Source of the DNA: Rhizobiaceae bacterium
GTDB lineage: Bacteria; Pseudomonadota; Alphaproteobacteria; Rhizobiales; Rhizobiaceae
Length of the DNA: 64,000 nt
Reading direction: 5' to 3'
Assembly: GCA_041582695.1 (NCBI GenBank)
Contig: JBFIBB010000001.1
Location: 1,716-65,715, forward strand
The translations under genes were made by a program, and so were the position numbers. Position 1 is the first letter of the stretch, and every line of letters begins with the position of its first letter. Below, piece by piece: positions 20,828 through 36,278 of the stretch. The notes beneath the pieces are model-generated. The model had not been told where the DNA came from, made no database searches, and was given only the letters and a program-made list of their open reading frames with translations.

Positions 20828-21490
20828 CTACTTGGCCAGTTCCTTGGCCTGCTCGCGCCAGTCGCTGATCTGTTCGGCCGAGAACGGCATCGCCTCGTCA
20901 ATGCGGGCGATGTCCTTGTCCGAAAGCTTGGCGATCTGGGCGAAAGTGGTGATGCCCTGCTCGTTGAGCTGGCCGGCCGCAACCGGACCGATGCCTTTGA
21001 TCTTGGTCAGGTCATCGCCGTCGCCCTTCGGCGCCTTGAACAGCGGTGCGGTAGCCGCAGAAGCATCATCCTTCTTGGCTTCGGTCTTGGGCGCTGCCTT
21101 CTTGGCCGGCGCTTCTGCCTTGGCCTCGGTTTTCGGCGCTTCTTTCTTCGCGGCGGCTTTCTTCGACGGCTTGGCGCCGCCGGTCAGGATTTCCGAGATG
21201 CGCACGGTCGTCAAAAGCTGCCGGTGTCCGCGGGTGCGGCGCGAATTCTGGCGGCGGCGTTTCTTGAACGAAATCACCTTCGGGCCGCGGGTCTGTTCGA
21301 CGATTTCGGCTGTCACCATGGCGCCAGCCACGAACGGCGTGCCGATGGCCGCGTTTTCGCCTTCGCCGACAACCAGAACGTTGCCGAATTCCACGATGTC
21401 TCCGGTTTCTCCGGCTACCTTTTCAACCTTCAACAGGTCTTCGGCGGCAACGCGATACTGCTTTCCGCCGGTTTTTATGACTGCGAACAT
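20828..21490 (-). CDS. rplU: 50S ribosomal protein L21 with a ~116-aa C-terminal extension
   Basis: [14 protein letters not shown]... core of about 104 aa. It is followed by a K/A/P-rich linker and a helix-hairpin-helix-like tail ([29 protein letters not shown]). Confidence 0.9.
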   Translation of the reverse strand: MFAVIKTGGKQYRVAAEDLLKVEKVAGETGDIVEFGNVLVVGEGENAAIGTPFVAGAMVTAEIVEQTRGPKVISFKKRRRQNSRRTRGHRQLLTTVRISEILTGGAKPSKKAAAKKEAPKTEAKAEAPAKKAAPKTEAKKDDASAATAPLFKAPKGDGDDLTKIKGIGPVAAGQLNEQGITTFAQIAKLSDKDIARIDEAMPFSAEQISDWREQAKELAK

Positions 21491-21806
21491 CATTCTTGCC
21501 TTTCGCATGTTCCGTCCGGCTCATGAAACGGGTCAACCGCCGTTCCGGCCGTCTTTTTGTCAGTCGTTTCGGGTTCTTTTCTTCAAAGCATCATCGGCGC
21601 GGAATTGATCCCGCGCCGAATGCTCGCGGTCTCATGCCGAAGGCTGCGCGAAATGTCAAGCAAACCAGCGCCAAAACCTTTTACACATGTCGGAATTCCG
21701 TCGGGAACCGGCCCGCGCATCAGCAAGGGAAATTCCCACTTGTGCGCCGGGCGGCCAGCCGTTATCTAGGCGCCGCACTTCCCTTTCGGGGGCAACCACA
21801 TATCAC

Positions 21807-21896
21807 GGAGAGGTGGCTGAGTGGTTGAAAGCGCCGCACTCGAAATGCGGTATAGGGGCAACTCTATCGGGGGTTCGAATCCCTCCCTCTCCGCCA
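21807..21896 (+). tRNA. tRNA-Ser (anticodon CGA)
   Basis: Cloverleaf folded by hand. Acceptor GGAGAGG/CCTCTCC, anticodon stem CCGCA/TGCGG with loop CTCGAAA, a long class-II variable arm, T-loop GGTTCGAATCC and an encoded CCA. Confidence 0.95.
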
Positions 21897-22207
21897 GATA
21901 CATCAGGGCCGGCAAGTGAAATCATAGAATAATCTTTGCGCCGCATCCGGTAGCGCATGCATTTGAGCCGACTGGACATTGATGCTCCGTTTTCACTGAA
22001 CCAAGACATCGCTACGGCGGCATACCAATCTTTCAATAGTGAAAAAAGTAAAACGGTCTATTTTGATCGGCGATTGTATTCAATAGCATAGTCCACTTTT
22101 AGAATTATCTAAAATATGTTATAATGCGATGTGGAGGGGGATTGTCAGGATATTCACAAGAAATCGCTTCCGAACCTCCTTCATGCCACCTGCAATGGGA
22201 GGAGAAA

Positions 22208-22702
22208 ATGAAATATTTCGCGAATTCTCGCAGTCTGATTTCCTCAGCAGCGGCAGGCCTGATATTGCTCACGCCAACAACTGTGTATTCCGAGTCTACC
22301 AAGGAATCCGGCATCGTTTGTTGGACTGGTGAAATCGAGTATTACAGAACAACCGACAAGGACATGGCCTGGGTCTGGAAACTAGACTGGACCTATGTAA
22401 CGGACGATCGAAATCCGGAACTTGCTGCGTCTGGCAAATGTGCAGGAACCGGTGGGCTGGTTGACGGAATTCCCGATGTGCCTCCTTTCTTCTGTATCGC
22501 CAATCGAACCGACGGAGCCCGATGGATGTCGCGCGTAATCGGCGGTCCTGAAGGGAACAAAGGCGAGTACTTCGGAGGTATTGAACAGGCCGCAGGAATT
22601 TCCGGAGGATACTCCGGCGGCCCGCAGATAGCTTTGCCCGCCGATGAGGGAAAAATCGCCGGATGCCGGGCAATTCAGTCAGAGTACACTATGGGACAAT
22701 AA
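22208..22702 (+). CDS. Hypothetical exported protein (orphan, 164 aa)
   Basis: Internal ATG at 22208 preceded by GGGAGGAGAAA. Signal-peptide-like N-terminus MKYFANSRSLISSAAAGLILLTPTTVYS. I recognise no family. Confidence 0.55.
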   Translation: MKYFANSRSLISSAAAGLILLTPTTVYSESTKESGIVCWTGEIEYYRTTDKDMAWVWKLDWTYVTDDRNPELAASGKCAGTGGLVDGIPDVPPFFCIANRTDGARWMSRVIGGPEGNKGEYFGGIEQAAGISGGYSGGPQIALPADEGKIAGCRAIQSEYTMGQ

Positions 22703-23075
22703 CGCTCCATTTCGCAGCCGGTATCACGGATTACTTGTTGCCCGGGTACTGGCTGCCCGGAAAATTCGGAAAGGCTTACCCGTCCGCCCTTCCCGGCCGG
22801 CATCGCTGAAGCTGATGGAATGGCATTGTTGTTCCGATGCTGATCCGCCCGGAAATGACTGTCGCCATTGGTCGAGGCAACCCGGCCGGTTCCAAGCACC
22901 TCGGGCCTCCCGGTCGCTAGCCCCGTATATGCGTCACCGATGAGGGACACGCCGGGACGGTTGTCAACCGCCGATTGTCAGGCATGGTCCTTTCGAAATG
23001 GGGTTCCATATCACTAATGGCACCATTGCAGCTCTCGAGAGACCGCCTGCACAAAGCTCCAAGCTTGTTTTCAGT

Positions 23076-23615
23076 TCAACGGCGCCGCAGGAAGTTCCCG
23101 GGCGGATAAACCGGCCCGAACCGGTCGGAAGGCTGCCTGTAATTCGGCGGGTAGTCGCGATCCATGTCGTCAGGAACGATTGTTTCCGGGACACCAGGAC
23201 GAATCACCGGCGGCAATGGCTTGCATTCGCTGGGAAACGGGAGGGGACATTCGGGTGCTACCGGACGATACCTCCGCGGAGGCCGGTATCTCGGTGGCGG
23301 ATGGAATATCGGCGGATGCCTGAATATTGGCGGCGGTATGATGATCGTCGGCGGGCGATAGTATCCGGCAATCTCGATGTATCGGCCATAGGCATAGCCG
23401 CGACGACCGGCAAAACGCACTCTGCACCACCGATCACAATAGTAGACCCAAACCCGCGCTCCCGCTGGGATTGTCAAAATCTTCGGACAGCGCACGCTCG
23501 CGCAAGTGCGCATGTTCACGGCCCTGGTCGCCCATCCTTCTTCGGCTTTGGCTGAAGACGCGAAGATTGATCCGGTAAATACGACCAGACCTGCAACGAT
23601 GGCGCGAACAGACAT
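23076..23615 (-). CDS. Exported SH3b-domain protein with a proline-rich tail
   Basis: ATG 23615 gives MSVRAIVAGLVVFTGSIFASSAKA (signal peptide). Then an SH3_3-like segment (ATRAVNMRTCASVRCPKILTIPAGARVWVYYCDRWCRVRFAGRRGY), then a PPxx-rich C-terminus. Confidence 0.7.
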   Translation of the reverse strand: MSVRAIVAGLVVFTGSIFASSAKAEEGWATRAVNMRTCASVRCPKILTIPAGARVWVYYCDRWCRVRFAGRRGYAYGRYIEIAGYYRPPTIIIPPPIFRHPPIFHPPPRYRPPRRYRPVAPECPLPFPSECKPLPPVIRPGVPETIVPDDMDRDYPPNYRQPSDRFGPVYPPGNFLRRR

Positions 23616-23650
23616 ATGGAATTCCTCCAACTGGACCGATCAGCATGTTT

Positions 23651-23682
23651 CATTGTCAATTTGGTTTGGTTGATTGACAATG
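23651..23682. promoter_or_regulatory. Perfect 10-bp inverted repeat with 12-nt spacer (candidate operator)
   Basis: CATTGTCAAT-ttggtttggttg-ATTGACAATG, 36-67 nt upstream of the SH3b gene start. Function is unknown. Confidence 0.3.
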
Positions 23683-24027
23683 ATGTGGATCAAATGGGTG
23701 AACGACGGATTTCTCACCCATATGTCCTGGCGACGTTTCGGACCGCAGAATTCAAATCAGCTCGTTGTCTGCCAGCAGACCGCTCGAGCCCGCAAATAGA
23801 TCGCAGCAGTACGGTTTCAAGCCTATCGGGCATCTCAGGTTCGAAAACCGCGAAGACGGCGATGATGCCCTGAGAAATGGCGCGCGGAGCGCCAAATTTT
23901 ATCACCGTGAAATTGAGGTCGCAGAACAGCGGCCAAAGGTCTTGTAACGCCGCTTTGCGGCTTTGCCGCGTTCGATCCCCTGGCGGGGCAAGATTGTTGA
24001 CGATCTAGGTGTTGGCAAAACCGCTAA

Positions 24028-24055
24028 AGAAAAAACCGGGCTCATCGGCCCGGCT
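24028..24055 (-). terminator. Rho-independent terminator of the atp operon
   Basis: On the minus strand: GCCGGGC-cgatga-GCCCGG followed by TTTTTT, about 45 nt after the atpC stop. Confidence 0.6.
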
Positions 24056-24099
24056 TCAGTACTCGTCGCGATGCACAAACTTCCCGAACAAAATGGACC

Positions 24100-24501
24100 T
24101 TATGCGAATCCGCTTTGCAGCGTGGTCAGCTGGGCAAGCCGCTCGACCGCCTTGGCTTTCGATTCCTCGTCCTTGGCGTCGGCGATGTCTTCCTTGGCGT
24201 TCTGGATGCGCTGCGCAAGGTCGTCCCGGTCGAGGTCGGCAACCGATACCGCCGATTCGGCGAGCAATGTCAGCGTATCGGGCAGGATGTCGGCGAACCC
24301 GCCAAACACGACATACTTGTCCTGCGAACCCGAAGCCGTCTTCACGGACACCACACCCGGCTTGACACTGGTCATCACTGGCGCATGCCGGGCCATAACC
24401 GTCATCTCGCCTTCGGTGCCCGGAACGACAACTTCGGTCACATCTTCCGAAACGAGCAGGCGCTCGGGCGATACCAGTTCAAATTTGAAGCTGTCTGCCA
24501 T
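24100..24501 (-). CDS. atpC: F0F1 ATP synthase subunit epsilon
   Basis: MADSFKFELVSPERLLVSEDVTEVVVPGTEGEMTVMARHAP..., 133 aa. Confidence 0.95.
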   Translation of the reverse strand: MADSFKFELVSPERLLVSEDVTEVVVPGTEGEMTVMARHAPVMTSVKPGVVSVKTASGSQDKYVVFGGFADILPDTLTLLAESAVSVADLDRDDLAQRIQNAKEDIADAKDEESKAKAVERLAQLTTLQSGFA

Positions 24502-24510
24502 GTGATTTCA

Positions 24511-24613
24511 GTGAACGGTGAATTGTGATTGGCGAATGGCCAGAAGGCCGCTTCTCCTCACTCACGAATACCTATTCCCTGCCTCCATTCGCCATTCACT
24601 ATTGACCATTCAC
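24511..24613 (-). repeat. Long imperfect inverted repeat made of tandem heptamers in the atpD-atpC spacer
   Basis: The arms at 24511-24539 and 24585-24613 are reverse complements. By hand I counted 25 Watson-Crick pairs, 1 G-U pair and 3 mismatches over 29 positions. The loop is 45 nt. Confidence 0.6.
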
Positions 24614-24616
24614 CTA

Positions 24617-27068
<2,452 letters not shown>

Positions 27069-27094
27069 TCGTTGCTATCCCGTCGTCAGGCCGC

Positions 27095-28623
<1,529 letters not shown>

Positions 28624-28624
<1 letters not shown>

Positions 28625-29184
28625 CAGCCGACCTCTTTCAGTGCAAGCTTAAGCGAATTGAGTTTTGTTTTGAGCGACGTGTCGATCTGGCGGGAGCCGA
28701 TACGAACGATCATGCCCCCGAGCAACGACGGATCGACCGTCACGTTGATTGCGACGTCTTTGCCGGCGACGCTTTTCAGCGTCGCTGCAAGTTCCTTTTC
28801 CTGCGCTGCGGTCAGCACATGCGCCGATGTAACTTCGGCGGATACTTCGCCACGGGCTTCGGCGGCAATCTGGCGAAAGGCCTTGATCATGCCCGGAACG
28901 GCAAACAGGCGCCTGTTGCGCGCGACCACGCGGAGGAAATTGCCCGTCAGTCCGGTAATCCCTGCCTTGTCGGCAACCGCGGAGATGGCGCGAAGCTGGT
29001 CATCGGCGGAAAATACCGGGCTGGCGATCAACCGCTTGAGATCTGCGCTGACTTCAATCAATGTTTCGAAGCGCCCGAGATCCGTTTCGACCTTCGAAAC
29101 GGCCCTGGACTGTTCTGCAAGCTCATAAAGCGATCCCGCATAGCGCTGGGCGACACCGGAGATAAGCGAGGTTGTCTGAGCCAC
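28624..29184 (-). CDS. atpH: F0F1 ATP synthase subunit delta (OSCP)
   Basis: 186 aa, [14 protein letters not shown]...[23 protein letters not shown] start, and the stop overlaps the atpA start. Confidence 0.9.
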
Positions 29185-29422
29185 GAAAAGTCTTTTCTTT
29201 GCTTGACAGGCCTTAAGATTCGTTGCCGGACCATTTCTGTCCGGCTAAATCATTGACCTTGTTGACATTTTTAGACCGAATAATGGGCTTGGCCGCATCC
29301 CCCGGTCGAAAGCCGCTTGCCGTCTAGCACAGGGATTTCCGACTCGCAACCGCCTGCCGGAGACGTATTTTGTCCCTATTGTCGCACACAAGGCAAAAGC
29401 CGGGTGGATACCGCCGTCCCGC

Positions 29423-29818
29423 TCAGGAAACGTAGCCGAAAACCATCGCGAGAGGCAACCCGGCAAGGAGTGCTTCGACGGCGGCCGAAATCCAGTTGAA
29501 CGGCTTGTTGCCCCCGTCGAACGCGATCGAGATCAAGCGGCCGAACACGGTAAAACCCCACGAGGCGCCAAGCGCGAGATAAAGCAACGGTTGATCGAGC
29601 AGAATGCAGCTCGATCCGAGACCCAGATAGAATCCGGCCATGGTTGCCCGGCTTTCCGAAAGCGCTTCCGGATATTCCGGCATCGTCTGCAGCCGCATCA
29701 GCCAATAGGAAAACTTTGGCGCAAGCAGAAGGATCAGCCCGAACAGGACAGTGATGGAAGCTGATGCGAATGCCAGCCAGCCGCCGGTACTTACCGGCCA
29801 CGGAAATGCGAAATCCAA
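29423..29818 (-). CDS. Small integral membrane protein (4 predicted helices; possibly DUF4345-like)
   Basis: 131 aa, hydrophobic throughout. TTG start with GGGAGAG 5 nt upstream. The family assignment is tentative. Confidence 0.55.
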   Translation of the reverse strand: MDFAFPWPVSTGGWLAFASASITVLFGLILLLAPKFSYWLMRLQTMPEYPEALSESRATMAGFYLGLGSSCILLDQPLLYLALGASWGFTVFGRLISIAFDGGNKPFNWISAAVEALLAGLPLAMVFGYVS

Positions 29819-29844
29819 ACTGCTCTCCCGGATGTTTAACCTGT

Positions 29845-30417
29845 CTATCTCTTTTCGGGTTCATTGCCGCAACTGCCCCGGAACGGAATTTTTACATCGA
29901 GATTCCGGCCGGTCAGCGCTATGGTCCCGGTGTAGTGAACAAGGATCGTTTGGCCAAGTTTACTTTTTTCCCCCTCCCCAGCGTGCATGTCGACATCAAC
30001 CGTAACCGGCGCAGTGCCGAATGTCCTGTAGCGCCTGACTTCGCCTTTTTCCGTCTCGCGCCGCCAGCGGAAATCCAGTTCGCGCAGCAATCCGCCGAGA
30101 CGAATGTAGCCGCGCTCGGTCGACGCAAGATCGTCGGACACAAGATCGGTGACGAACACATAGCGCCAGGTTTCGGGCTTGCCCGGATCCGGCATGGGCG
30201 CGTCTTCGCGTACGAACCTGCAATAGGTTTCCTCAGGATGCCAGAACAGATCCGCAAGCACCGGTGCGATCTGCACGGCGGCCGCCATTGCGGCAACTGC
30301 AGGGCCGGCGCAAAGCGCCAGCATAGAACAGATCGCAGCCGCCAACCGTGTCGCAAAAAGCCAGTGCATCGCCGCAATGCAGCCATGCACACGAGACTTT
30401 GTAAAGTCGGACCTCAT
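29845..30417 (-). CDS. Hypothetical exported/anchored protein
   Basis: 190 aa. A charged N-terminus then a hydrophobic segment (LAAAICSMLALCAGPAVAAMAAAV), followed by a soluble-looking domain. ATG 30417 has AAGGAACGGAAG upstream. I recognise no family. Confidence 0.5.
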   Translation of the reverse strand: MRSDFTKSRVHGCIAAMHWLFATRLAAAICSMLALCAGPAVAAMAAAVQIAPVLADLFWHPEETYCRFVREDAPMPDPGKPETWRYVFVTDLVSDDLASTERGYIRLGGLLRELDFRWRRETEKGEVRRYRTFGTAPVTVDVDMHAGEGEKSKLGQTILVHYTGTIALTGRNLDVKIPFRGSCGNEPEKR

Positions 30418-30428
30418 CTTCCGTTCCT

Positions 30429-32651
30429 TTACAAGAAGCTTTGCGGATCGATATCGACCTGCACCCGCACGCTGCCGCGCGCCTGCGGCGCCTTCGCCAG
30501 CATGGTGCGGATGAAGGCTTGCATATCGGCTTGACGGCTGCCGTGCACGAGCAGCCTAAAACGGTGACGGCCGCGCACAAGGGCCATCGGCGCTTCGGCC
30601 GGGCCAAGCAGGTGTATCTCCGTGGCCGCCGGCGCTGCCGCCCTCAGATGGCGCGCATGGCCTTCGGCTTCATTGCGGCTTGCTGCCGTAACGATGATCC
30701 CCGCCAGCCGTCCGAACGGCGGCAGATGCGACCGCTCCCGTTCGGCAATTTCACGCCGATAGAACTCCTCATGATCGCCCGAAACGATGGCGCGAATGAC
30801 CGGGTGGTCCGGTTGATAGGTCTGCAACATGCCCTTGCTCGGTTTGCCTGTCCGCCCGGCGCGTCCGGTCACCTGCGACAGCAACTGAAAGGTCCGTTCG
30901 GCAGCGCGCGGATCTCCGGTCGACAAGGCGATATCGGCGTCGAGCACGCCAACCAGGGTGAGGTCGGGAAAATTGTGCCCTTTTGCGACCAGTTGCGTGC
31001 CAATGACAATATCGGCTTCGCCGCGCGCGATCGCGTCCAGTTCCAGCCGCAGACGCTTCACCCCGCCGGCGATATCCGAGGAAAGGACGATCGTGCGCGC
31101 ATCGGGAAACATCGCGACCACCTCTTCGGCGATACGCTCCACCCCGGGACCGCAGGCAACGAGATGATCGAGCGTGCCGCATTCCGGGCAAGCCTCCGGC
31201 CGCGGTTCGTGATAGCCGCAATGATGGCACACGATCTGCCCGCGAAACCGGTGTTCCACCAACCAGCTCGAGCAGTTTGGACACTCGAACCGGTGGCCGC
31301 AAACGCGGCACAACGTCAATGGCGCATAGCCTCTCCGATTGAGGAACAGCATGGACTGCTCCCGCTTTTCCAGCGTTTCGCTAAGCGCGGCCGTCAATCG
31401 CGGCGACAGGAAACTGCCCCGTATCGGCGGATGCCGTCGCATGTCGATCGCTTCGAGCGACGGCAGCGCCGCATCGGCAAACCGCGCCGGAAGCGCCAGT
31501 CGCCGGTAGCGGCCCTGATCGGCGTTGACGCGGCTTTCGACCGAAGGCGTTGCCGAGGCCAGAACAACCGGGAATCCGCCGATATGTGCCCGCACAACCG
31601 CCATGTCGCGAGCATTGTAGAAAACCCGGTCTTCCTGCTTGTAGGCGGTATCGTGCTCTTCATCGACGACGATGAGCCCGAGTGCGGCAAAGGGCAAAAA
31701 CAATGCCGACCGGGCGCCGGCGACAACCCTGACCCCGCCGTCGGCCACCTGGCGCCAGACCTTCTCGCGCATCCGCGGCGGCAGTTCGGAATGCCACTCG
31801 GCCGGTTTTGCCCCAAATCTTTCCTCGAAACGTTCCAGAAAACTCTGCGTGAGCGCGATTTCGGGTAGCAGGATCAGCACCTGTCTTCCGGCGTCGAGCG
31901 CAGACGCTACGGCCTCGAAATAGACCTCGGTCTTGCCCGATCCGGTAACGCCGTCCAGCAGCGTGGCCGAATACCCCTCCACTGAAACCGCTTCGGTGAG
32001 CAGTGCAGCGGCGGCAGCCTGATCGCCTGATAGTGTTGCGCCCGACACCGCGGTATCTGGTGGCGGCACTACCGGGCGCGGCGGGATCTCAGTCGTTGAG
32101 AAAACACCCTGCTCCCGCAGCCCGTCGATAACACTGCTCGACACGCCCGCCGCATGTGCAAGTCCGGAGCGGGTCCATGCCAGGCCGTCGGAAGCTGTCT
32201 CGATGACACGCCGTCTTGCATCCGTCAGACGTTCGGGCCGCACATCGGTGATCACGATACCTTCGGTTGGCGTTTCCGGCTCGAAGGCCGCAGGCACCCT
32301 CAGCACCATGCGAGCCACCATGCCGGGCGCGGATATCGTGTAATGCGCAATCCAGTCGATGAAACGCCGCATGCCGAAATCGAGCGGCGGGCAGTCAAAT
32401 ACCCGTTCGATCGGGCGGAGTTTTGCCGGATCAACTTCGCTACCGCCAGAATCCCACACAACGCCGCTGACGAGCCTCGGTCCGAGGGGCACCTGGACGA
32501 TCGATCCGGGATCGACCCGCATACCGTCCGGCACGGCATAACTGTAGGGTCCCGGCGCCGGGGTCGGCACCAGCACCGGAGCCGTTCTCAATCCATTGTC
32601 GAATTCGGCCGAATCTCTCGTCATCGGGCGTGACCTTGCCCGGAGTTTCAT
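30429..32651 (-). CDS. priA: Primosomal replication-restart helicase PriA
   Basis: Walker A GVTGSGKTEVY, DEEH box (VVDEEHD) and the Cys-rich zinc region CRVCGHRFECPNCSSWLVEH...CHHCGY...CPECG. The start is either 32651 or ATG 32624. Confidence 0.9.
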   Translation of the reverse strand: MKLRARSRPMTRDSAEFDNGLRTAPVLVPTPAPGPYSYAVPDGMRVDPGSIVQVPLGPRLVSGVVWDSGGSEVDPAKLRPIERVFDCPPLDFGMRRFIDWIAHYTISAPGMVARMVLRVPAAFEPETPTEGIVITDVRPERLTDARRRVIETASDGLAWTRSGLAHAAGVSSSVIDGLREQGVFSTTEIPPRPVVPPPDTAVSGATLSGDQAAAAALLTEAVSVEGYSATLLDGVTGSGKTEVYFEAVASALDAGRQVLILLPEIALTQSFLERFEERFGAKPAEWHSELPPRMREKVWRQVADGGVRVVAGARSALFLPFAALGLIVVDEEHDTAYKQEDRVFYNARDMAVVRAHIGGFPVVLASATPSVESRVNADQGRYRRLALPARFADAALPSLEAIDMRRHPPIRGSFLSPRLTAALSETLEKREQSMLFLNRRGYAPLTLCRVCGHRFECPNCSSWLVEHRFRGQIVCHHCGYHEPRPEACPECGTLDHLVACGPGVERIAEEVVAMFPDARTIVLSSDIAGGVKRLRLELDAIARGEADIVIGTQLVAKGHNFPDLTLVGVLDADIALSTGDPRAAERTFQLLSQVTGRAGRTGKPSKGMLQTYQPDHPVIRAIVSGDHEEFYRREIAERERSHLPPFGRLAGIIVTAASRNEAEGHARHLRAAAPAATEIHLLGPAEAPMALVRGRHRFRLLVHGSRQADMQAFIRTMLAKAPQARGSVRVQVDIDPQSFL

Positions 32652-32703
32652 TTAAGGGAAAGCCGGGTGGGCACGAGGTCAACCGAATTGCTGAGGATCG
32701 ATC

Positions 32704-33357
32704 ATGAAATTCTTTCTCGACACAGCTGATGTCGACGCCATCCGCGAACTCAATGAAACCGGACTCGTTGATGGCGTGACAACCAATCCGTCGCTGATCA
32801 TGAAATCGGGGCGCGATATCATCGAGGTCACGAAGGAAATCTGCGGCATTGTCAAAGGGCCGGTTTCCTCCGAAGTTACGGCAACGGATTTCGCCGGCAT
32901 GATTTCCCAAGCCGCTATATTGTCGAAAATCGCCGACAATATCTGCATCAAGCTGCCCTTGACGATGGACGGGCTAAAAGCTTGCAAGAAGCTTACATCC
33001 GAGGGGCTTAAAACCAATGTCACGCTGTGCTTTACAGCCAACCAGGCGCTACTTGCCGCCAAAGCCGGAGCGACGTTCATATCGCCCTTTATCGGCCGGC
33101 TCGACGATATTGGTCTGAACGGAATGGACGTTATCGGCGAGATCCGCACGATCTACGACAATTACGATTTCAAGACCGAAATACTGGCCGCTTCGGTACG
33201 GACGGTAAATCATGTCAGGGAGGCTGCGATGATCGGTGCTGATGTGGCGACAATACCGCCAGCCACATTGACCGCATTGTCGAAGCACCCGCTTACCGAC
33301 AAGGGGCTGGATTCGTTTCTGGCAGATTGGGCAAAGACCGGTCAGAAGATCGGATGA
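32704..33357 (+). CDS. tal: Fructose-6-phosphate aldolase / short transaldolase (type 3B)
   Basis: [32 protein letters not shown]...KLPLT...[10 protein letters not shown], 217 aa. Confidence 0.9.
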   Translation: MKFFLDTADVDAIRELNETGLVDGVTTNPSLIMKSGRDIIEVTKEICGIVKGPVSSEVTATDFAGMISQAAILSKIADNICIKLPLTMDGLKACKKLTSEGLKTNVTLCFTANQALLAAKAGATFISPFIGRLDDIGLNGMDVIGEIRTIYDNYDFKTEILAASVRTVNHVREAAMIGADVATIPPATLTALSKHPLTDKGLDSFLADWAKTGQKIG

Positions 33358-33457
33358 CGTGACGTATTCGCCGGTTTCTCGCTTACGGTCCTACTGCGGG
33401 TTTCGCATACCGTTAAACGCGCATTAACGCTGCTACCGCATTATTGCGGCACAGTTT

Positions 33458-36250
<2,793 letters not shown>

Positions 36251-36278
36251 AATTCCGAAGGCTTGGTTCTGGCGGAAA

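Noticed and set aside
20385-21608. A 407-aa ORF on the plus strand.
   Set aside because: It is antisense to rpmA and rplU and has a low-complexity S/A/R-rich translation. It is a shadow ORF.
21803-22036. A 77-aa minus-strand ORF and a 110-aa plus-strand ORF (21496-21828).
   Set aside because: Both run through the tRNA-Ser gene and have no RBS.
22675-22950. A 91-aa minus-strand ORF in the islet gap.
   Set aside because: It has a GTG start with no RBS, overlaps the end of the 22208-22702 gene, and has no recognisable features. The region is kept only as a possible gene remnant.
23616-23873. An 85-aa plus-strand ORF starting back-to-back with the SH3b gene start (CATATG). Also the 63-aa and 60-aa ORFs at 23714-23947.
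   Set aside because: They have no RBS, their composition is not protein-like, and they overlap one another. They are treated as non-coding leader or promoter sequence.
21870-24000. A search for an att-type direct repeat of the tRNA-Ser 3' end, and for an integrase, to delimit a genomic island.
   Set aside because: By eye I found no second copy of GGTTCGAATCCCTCCCTCTCC or a substantial part of it, and no integrase-like ORF. The islet is therefore reported only as a compositional and positional observation.
29376-29864. A 162-aa minus-strand ORF overlapping the four-helix membrane protein gene in another frame.
   Set aside because: It is R/G/P-rich with no hydrophobic pattern or RBS. The 29423-29818 frame has a coherent membrane-protein profile and a good RBS.
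30441-31868. A 475-aa plus-strand ORF.
   Set aside because: It is antisense to priA, whose helicase and zinc-finger motifs are in the minus frame.
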